Virus record (IMG/VR): IMGVR_UViG_3300044634_000818
Span: 1 to 39,626 of that record
Source: a virus
Lineage: Duplodnaviria > Caudoviricetes
DNA length: 39,626 bases
Direction: 5' to 3' (one strand)
Under the pieces are notes generated by a model that was given only the letters and a program-made list of their open reading frames with translations, made no database searches and was not told the DNA's origin. Both the position numbers and the translations under genes were made by a program. Shown here piece after piece: positions 34,653 to 39,626 of this stretch (positions are counted from its first letter, which is position 1; each line of letters starts with the position of its first letter).

Positions 34653-36602
34653 TTAAAATAATGATAATTGGTTTGGTGCTACATATGGTCTTCTCTTACC
34701 ATTGTAACTAATCTTATTAATAATTCTTTCTGCCCTCTCTATATAATAAGAATGATTAATGTTATCTAGAGGATGATCTGGTGTTAAATGATTACATACA
34801 GTCATTAGCCATTCACCTGCTTCAACTTGTGATACAGCTGCTGCTCCTGATGTAGAGTCTTTGTTCTTTACCTTGATGAGCTTCTCTCCTGTATTTGATA
34901 CATAATATCTAATAAGTTTGTTGTAGACGTTTGTTCTTCCATCAGAAAGTCCTTCGAAATGGAAATCTCTCGTAGCTCTTTGACGCATAGCAAAATCATA
35001 GATGTTTCCATGATTACGTATAGTGTCGTTAACAGGAGTCCCATTAATAAAATACTGTTCGAGTGCGATAGGAACAACCCTGCCAGACTTATTCTTGTGC
35101 AGCTCAAAATCAGTAAGAAAGTCACCCTTCTTCTTGATTCCTCCATCAGTTTTAATCGCAAGGTAATCATTAACAGTCGAGAAGATAATCTTTCTATAGT
35201 CTGTTCGTTCAAGCTCATATCTTGTTAGTTTTGACCACCAATCATTAATCTTATAATGCTTGGCTATGTCTGTTTTCTTAATTCTAATCGTTACACCATC
35301 TGTGTTTGCAGATATTACATGTATACCAGCTAGCTCATACGCTTCAATAAGCATAAGCAAGCTAAGCTCTCCAGTAATAGTAGTAAACATAGTAAGTTGT
35401 CTATCGTAGATCCACGACTGCATATCAGAAGATTTACCATATACAGAATTGACAGCAAGCTTAAGAGCCCCAACAATCCCTGCAATGCGTTTATCTTTTT
35501 TAGCCTGTGGTTTAAGTTCGAGACGACGTTCAAACATTTTAATATAACCATTAAGAAATTCTCTACCAAGATCACCAGGATATTGACCATTATTGATAAT
35601 AATAGCAGGATAATAACTAGAAACATCCCAATCAATGATTTCATATTCATCATCAGCTTCAAAAATCTCAGGTTTGTTCTCTGTGTGTAAGCCACCTTTA
35701 GCAAACGTATAAGTGTTGCCATAGAATTCTATACTTTCTTTAAAATCGTCATTCAGTGCTAAGACTACAAGTTTCATTCTGCTCAAAAAGCTTTGCAACT
35801 GTGGCGTTTCAAATGCTACATATTTTGCAATACAATTCTTAATCTTGATGTTCTTTCTAAAATATCCTTTGCGTGGTATATCACCCACTTGAATGCGTTT
35901 CTCTTCGCAGTAATATTTCTTGATCATCTCATCACCAATTTTACTATCAGAATAGTTAAGACATGGTATACCAAACTCTGCTTCGATATCTTGTCTAAGT
36001 TCTATCTGATTGTTACCCTTGTACAATGGATGATTTGTATCACCTGTAGTTACTTTGTAGAACTCATAGGTAGCCATTACGTCATTTGTACAATAGTCTC
36101 TTGTTAACTGTATCTCTTCTAGAGTCATATCAGTCTTACTGTGATGGATAGGCATCTCCTCGATGTTCTCCAGATCCATCTCAAACTCTAGTCTCTTCAG
36201 ACTAACCATACGATTCTTATTGTCGTAATGATTAACCTTGAACAAATCTATCTGTTTGCATGTAAGATCATGTTCTCTATACTCTGAGAATACTTCATAG
36301 TTAGCGTCATGGATTACATCTTGAGCTTTCTGTGCAATAGCTGCACATATCTCTAATCCACCCCACTCATGCCAGAAGTCATAGTTACGCAAGACCCACT
36401 CAACCACTTGAGCATCGAATCGTAAGTTGTTATAGCCCACCCAGTAATGCTCTGGATGCTCACTAATAAACTTAACCATCATGTCTAGTGTGTTGTGCCA
36501 TTGACTCACCATAAACTCGTGAGTCTTATCCTCCTGTGGATCGTAGACGTTGACAAGAAAGAACTCTTGCATTGTCTCGATGTCATAAATAAATACATTC
36601 AT
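34653..36602 (-). CDS. polB: Family B DNA polymerase with 3'-5' exonuclease
   Basis: YDIET, YNNLRFD, YCTND, DVSSYYP, KLAVNSVYGK, NTDG, KKKG. Confidence 0.92.
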   Translation of the reverse strand: MNVFIYDIETMQEFFLVNVYDPQEDKTHEFMVSQWHNTLDMMVKFISEHPEHYWVGYNNLRFDAQVVEWVLRNYDFWHEWGGLEICAAIAQKAQDVIHDANYEVFSEYREHDLTCKQIDLFKVNHYDNKNRMVSLKRLEFEMDLENIEEMPIHHSKTDMTLEEIQLTRDYCTNDVMATYEFYKVTTGDTNHPLYKGNNQIELRQDIEAEFGIPCLNYSDSKIGDEMIKKYYCEEKRIQVGDIPRKGYFRKNIKIKNCIAKYVAFETPQLQSFLSRMKLVVLALNDDFKESIEFYGNTYTFAKGGLHTENKPEIFEADDEYEIIDWDVSSYYPAIIINNGQYPGDLGREFLNGYIKMFERRLELKPQAKKDKRIAGIVGALKLAVNSVYGKSSDMQSWIYDRQLTMFTTITGELSLLMLIEAYELAGIHVISANTDGVTIRIKKTDIAKHYKINDWWSKLTRYELERTDYRKIIFSTVNDYLAIKTDGGIKKKGDFLTDFELHKNKSGRVVPIALEQYFINGTPVNDTIRNHGNIYDFAMRQRATRDFHFEGLSDGRTNVYNKLIRYYVSNTGEKLIKVKNKDSTSGAAAVSQVEAGEWLMTVCNHLTPDHPLDNINHSYYIERAERIINKISYNGKRRPYVAPNQLSLF

Positions 36603-36604
36603 TT

Positions 36605-37186
36605 CTAGTAGTTTTTACCATGGCTATCAACTAATGATATCCATCCTGTTAAGATGTATTTAGTTGTTGTGTTACTCACTTCACCTTTGTGTGTGTACGT
36701 CCAATCAGCAGGAAAGAACAAAAGCTTACCTTGTTCAGCTTTAACTGTTCTTTCTTGCATCATGAATTGTGTCCCACCATCTGGTACATCATTGAGATAT
36801 ATCATCCATACAAATAGCCTAATCTTATCAGTTGTTGACTCGTAGTGCCATTTATGAAATCCTTGACCTGGTTCGTATTTCTGTAAGTTAAATGAATCAA
36901 TAGAAACTGTAGTCATTTCAAATATAGGAAACTGATCCATATACTTATACATCTCAACTAACATTGCGTCTAACATATCAGGAATACGCTCACCATAGAT
37001 TCGCTGTACGATTTTTAGATTATCATCATCAAAATGAAAGTCTGTTGATTCTTTTACAGATTTATTAATACCATTACCTATTAGTCCTTCAACTTGGTAT
37101 TTATTATTCTCTTCAAAGATATTAATTAAGTCTTCACATTGCTCTTTGGTTAGAGCGTTATGCTTCTCATAAATGAAATCTACCAT
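36605..37186 (-). CDS. 2OG-Fe(II) oxygenase (prolyl-hydroxylase-like)
   Basis: WHYE, YLND..DGGT, LFFPADWTYTHKG, KYILTGW. Confidence 0.85.
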   Translation of the reverse strand: MVDFIYEKHNALTKEQCEDLINIFEENNKYQVEGLIGNGINKSVKESTDFHFDDDNLKIVQRIYGERIPDMLDAMLVEMYKYMDQFPIFEMTTVSIDSFNLQKYEPGQGFHKWHYESTTDKIRLFVWMIYLNDVPDGGTQFMMQERTVKAEQGKLLFFPADWTYTHKGEVSNTTTKYILTGWISLVDSHGKNY

Positions 37187-37473
37187 CTTTCAATGAATTT
37201 AAAGTTACCTGCGTTGATTAGATAATCATGAGCCTCTTTGTCAACCATCTTGAGTTGTGCTAATCCTATTCTAAAAGTCATTTGTCTATCTTCTAAAATG
37301 CGAATACGTTGAATTAAAGAATCATTAGCAAAGATAATACTATCACATTTAGAAAGCACAGGTTCTGGTACATATACTTCACGTTGATTATTAAGTGCAT
37401 TAATAGCAATAACAACAAATGTACACACCACTATTAAAGTTGATAATAATAGGAATTTGTTATGTGGTGTCAT
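37180..37473 (-). CDS. Membrane-anchored hypothetical protein
   Basis: N-terminal TM segment plus coiled coil. Confidence 0.7.
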   Translation of the reverse strand: MTPHNKFLLLSTLIVVCTFVVIAINALNNQREVYVPEPVLSKCDSIIFANDSLIQRIRILEDRQMTFRIGLAQLKMVDKEAHDYLINAGNFKFIERW

Positions 37474-37643
37474 GATTCCAATGCTGTTCTAGGTGTATTA
37501 GTCTTAATCTCACGTAGATTATACTTCTCAAGATAGTTCTTCTTGCTACGCATGTGTTCTTGTTGTAGCTCATTATCAACTGATTTATATACATTGATGA
37601 TGGCCTTGATTACTTCTGGTGATTCTATTTCTGTGTTGTTCAT
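37470..37643 (-). CDS. Hypothetical protein (57 aa), absent from the ORF track
   Basis: MNNTEIESPEVIKAIINVY...; ATGA overlap with the next gene. Confidence 0.6.
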   Translation of the reverse strand: MNNTEIESPEVIKAIINVYKSVDNELQQEHMRSKKNYLEKYNLREIKTNTPRTALES

Positions 37644-37657
37644 GTCTATAAAATTAA

Positions 37658-37681
37658 GGCAGCCACCTTTAGATGACTGCC
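37658..37681 (-). terminator. Hairpin, possible weak terminator
   Basis: GGCAGUCAUCU-AA-AGGUGGCUGCC with G-U pairs on the minus strand, followed by UUAAUUU. Confidence 0.45.
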
Positions 37682-37688
37682 ATGAATA

Positions 37689-38057
37689 CTATTCTTCAAT
37701 ATCTACTACCATATACTTCAACAAAATACCACCAGCTTTAACCTTTGCTCTACCTCTAGTGCTAGCATAGCAATCAATCTTACCACTCTTATTGCGTGTA
37801 ATATTGACATGTACAGTGATACGCTTAGAAGTCAAGAACAGATCATTAACACTCTCTGCTGTACCAGTTTCACGTACTAAATTAAAACTACCATCCATAT
37901 ACCAATATGATGGTTGATTAGTCTCACCAAAGAAACCAAACACTGTACCACGCTTATCATCAATAGCTGTAATTTCTACTGGAACACCATTACGTGTTAC
38001 TACGCTGTACTGTCCTGTATTGTAATCTCTTAAATTGAATTTTGTTAAATTTGACAT
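37689..38057 (-). CDS. Hypothetical phage protein
   Basis: VVTRNGVPVEI...WYMDG...DLFL. Confidence 0.7.
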   Translation of the reverse strand: MSNLTKFNLRDYNTGQYSVVTRNGVPVEITAIDDKRGTVFGFFGETNQPSYWYMDGSFNLVRETGTAESVNDLFLTSKRITVHVNITRNKSGKIDCYASTRGRAKVKAGGILLKYMVVDIEE

Positions 38058-38068
38058 CTTGTTAAATT

Positions 38069-38413
38069 TTAAAGGTTCTTAATTATTTTCTTTCTTGGAG
38101 GATGGTATTTATCCTTAAACCATGCTGCTAGTTCATCAGTCATCTTGACTGGTATTTCAGCTATTACATCGTCCCATGTTCTTGGTCGATAGCTATATGC
38201 ACCTTGGTTTGAGAATACATAAAATCCTCTACGTGTTGTGGTCATTCTTAATGGATACTTACAATTCTCACATAAAAAGTGCATTGTATCTGTACCATTA
38301 TTCTTGTACCTATTTATAATGCGAGTGCTCATATGATCATATTCGCATTGTAAACAAAAGAGGCGATGTCCCTCAATTGGAACACCACCTCGTTTTCTAA
38401 TTATCATCCCCAT
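38069..38413 (-). CDS. Zinc-ribbon protein
   Basis: CLQC...CENC. Confidence 0.65.
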   Translation of the reverse strand: MGMIIRKRGGVPIEGHRLFCLQCEYDHMSTRIINRYKNNGTDTMHFLCENCKYPLRMTTTRRGFYVFSNQGAYSYRPRTWDDVIAEIPVKMTDELAAWFKDKYHPPRKKIIKNL

Positions 38414-38663
38414 CGTAGTAATCGTCTAAGTCTATTGCTTCGTAAATTTCATCTAATGTTATCCATTCAGGCACCTCCATATCTTTAACATGCTCATCAC
38501 AATATGTGAGTAGTTTCATGCTCTTGATATTGATGTCATCTTCACCTGGTTCTTCTAATGTTGCAGGTGAATAGTAATGGGACCATTTGATTTCTACAGT
38601 ACAATAAACATCATCTTGTGTTGGATGGTAAAACTCTGCATGAGTTGATCCTGTTGTTGTCAT
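38397..38663 (-). CDS. Acidic hypothetical protein
   Basis: PATLEEPGE; coupled ORF. Confidence 0.65.
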   Translation of the reverse strand: MTTTGSTHAEFYHPTQDDVYCTVEIKWSHYYSPATLEEPGEDDINIKSMKLLTYCDEHVKDMEVPEWITLDEIYEAIDLDDYYDGDDN

Positions 38664-39052
38664 CTGTGATGTATTATAACTTTATTGTTGAATAATTTAA
38701 GCTCATCGTTATCAGTTGTTTCTAATGAAATCTCGCCAACTAACATTTCTGTAATTATAGGGATTTGCACCTCATGCATCATGCCATGTGCTACCATATA
38801 ACCAATCTGATTAGTTGAAGCTAAAAGTTTTCTCAAGTTGATTTTATCACGATTTTCATCATTATACTGACTGATGTCTTTAGTTTCAGTGGAATATACT
38901 GAATCACCAATGTTGATTAAATCATCACATACAATCAATGGATCACTACTTGCTGTAAATACTAGTGTCGCTGCTTTTAATTTCATGTCTTTGTTTTCTT
39001 TTAAGTTCTGATATGATATGAGGTTGCTCAATTGCTGGTCTAGATTTAACAT
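38660..39052 (-). CDS. Hypothetical protein (start may be 38986)
   Basis: ORF track; MKLKAATL follows an A-rich leader. Confidence 0.6.
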   Translation of the reverse strand: MLNLDQQLSNLISYQNLKENKDMKLKAATLVFTASSDPLIVCDDLINIGDSVYSTETKDISQYNDENRDKINLRKLLASTNQIGYMVAHGMMHEVQIPIITEMLVGEISLETTDNDELKLFNNKVIIHHR

Positions 39053-39170
39053 TTAGCACACTCACCATTTGAGGAATCAAATATATAAAACTAAACAGTC
39101 TGATGCAATAGTATACCATTACGACAGTCGCTATGGCTGCGTATACACTGTGTTTGTTGTCTTGTGTCAT
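38946..39170 (-). CDS. Small membrane protein (boundaries uncertain)
   Basis: ATGA coupling at 39167-39170; hydrophobic N-terminal half; overlaps the next ORF. Confidence 0.45.
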   Translation of the reverse strand: MTQDNKHSVYAAIATVVMVYYCIRLFSFIYLIPQMVSVLNVKSRPAIEQPHIISELKRKQRHEIKSSDTSIYSK

Positions 39171-39400
39171 TTTATCCTGATATATGTTTCCTTCTGCTTA
39201 GTATCTTGAACTCTCCAAGCTTCAATTAACATAATAGCACCATCCTTGTCGAAGTATGAATACCAATGTTCTTTCCATGTAAGTCCCTTTCGATGCATTG
39301 GAATGTAAACATCCTTACCATCTTGGCGATGTATCACACGTATCTTATACGTTGTACAGCCTGTTACACTTAATAGAATCAATAGTATTAACTTCTTCAT
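39167..39400 (-). CDS. Small lipoprotein
   Basis: MKKLILLILLSVTG-C lipobox. Confidence 0.7.
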   Translation of the reverse strand: MKKLILLILLSVTGCTTYKIRVIHRQDGKDVYIPMHRKGLTWKEHWYSYFDKDGAIMLIEAWRVQDTKQKETYIRIK

Positions 39401-39404
39401 GGTC

Positions 39405-39626
39405 TTAGTCTATTAGTTTAGAAATAAAACTACGCTCAACTTGATCTTCTACATTCTTACGTGCACGATCAGCTGCTATGTCTAGCTCTGTATCAATGAA
39501 CATAAATGGACGATACTTACCATCATCATCTTTAAGCATCACTGAGTGATACACTGATGAACTATTCTTCTTTTTGTTCTGGTTGATTACTTTAACCACC
39601 TTACCTACTCTTGTTTTAATTGACAT
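39405..39626 (-). CDS. Hypothetical protein
   Basis: 73-aa ORF at the window edge. Confidence 0.65.
   Translation of the reverse strand: MSIKTRVGKVVKVINQNKKKNSSSVYHSVMLKDDDGKYRPFMFIDTELDIAADRARKNVEDQVERSFISKLID

Larger units (their letters stand above)
1..39626. mobile_element. Segment of a lytic bacteriophage genome, probably crAss-like and infecting Bacteroidota
   Basis: Endolysin, rIIA/rIIB and the order PolB-DnaB-SF2-AAA-SSB-primase-DUF932-UDG resemble crAss-like phages; TAnnTTTG Bacteroidota-type promoters; A-rich translation starts without Shine-Dalgarno; TAATG/ATGA gene overlaps; no integrase or host housekeeping operons. Confidence 0.85.

Noticed and set aside
15706-36602. Introns or inteins in nrdJ, dnaB or polB
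   Set aside because: These ORFs are continuous and of normal length, with no intein motifs seen.
1-39626. Stop-codon reassignment (TAG to Gln or TGA to Trp), known in some crAss-like phages
   Set aside because: Long genes are intact in code 11, and TAG and TGA end genes at natural C-termini with tight coupling to the next gene.
11206-39626. Many short plus-strand ORFs opposite the replication genes
   Set aside because: Antisense shadows without motifs or plausible starts.

Overview
The whole window reads as part of a lytic dsDNA phage genome, most likely infecting Bacteroidota and crAss-like (Crassvirales-like). Family assignments come from motifs I recognise by eye, not from database searches. 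Genes are tightly packed in the standard genetic code in two convergent blocks that meet at a bidirectional terminator near 11.2 kb. The minus-strand block (11.2-39.6 kb) is a replication, recombination and nucleotide-metabolism module: family B DNA polymerase, DnaB-like and SF2 helicases, AAA ATPase, putative SSB, primase, UDG, rIIA/rIIB, HNH and PD-(D/E)XK nucleases, class II ribonucleotide reductase, RecA, dUTPase, GroES, a GT2 and a methyltransferase. The plus-strand block holds the end of a GH19 endolysin, a 7-gene cell-envelope module (two CsgG-like proteins, a cohesin/dockerin protein, a T9SS-CTD-like lipoprotein, a beta-barrel protein), a glycosyltransferase resembling plant GT95/GT96 peptide O-glycosyltransferases flanked by three mucin-like Thr/Ser-tailed proteins, a ferritin/Dps-like protein and a run of small Lys-rich proteins. 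The best candidates for new biology are the putative protein O-glycosylation cassette (5.8-7.6 kb), the envelope module (0.5-5.7 kb), a pseudoknotted ~240-nt ncRNA candidate (13.8-14.06 kb) and a dense array of different short palindromes (34.06-34.26 kb).
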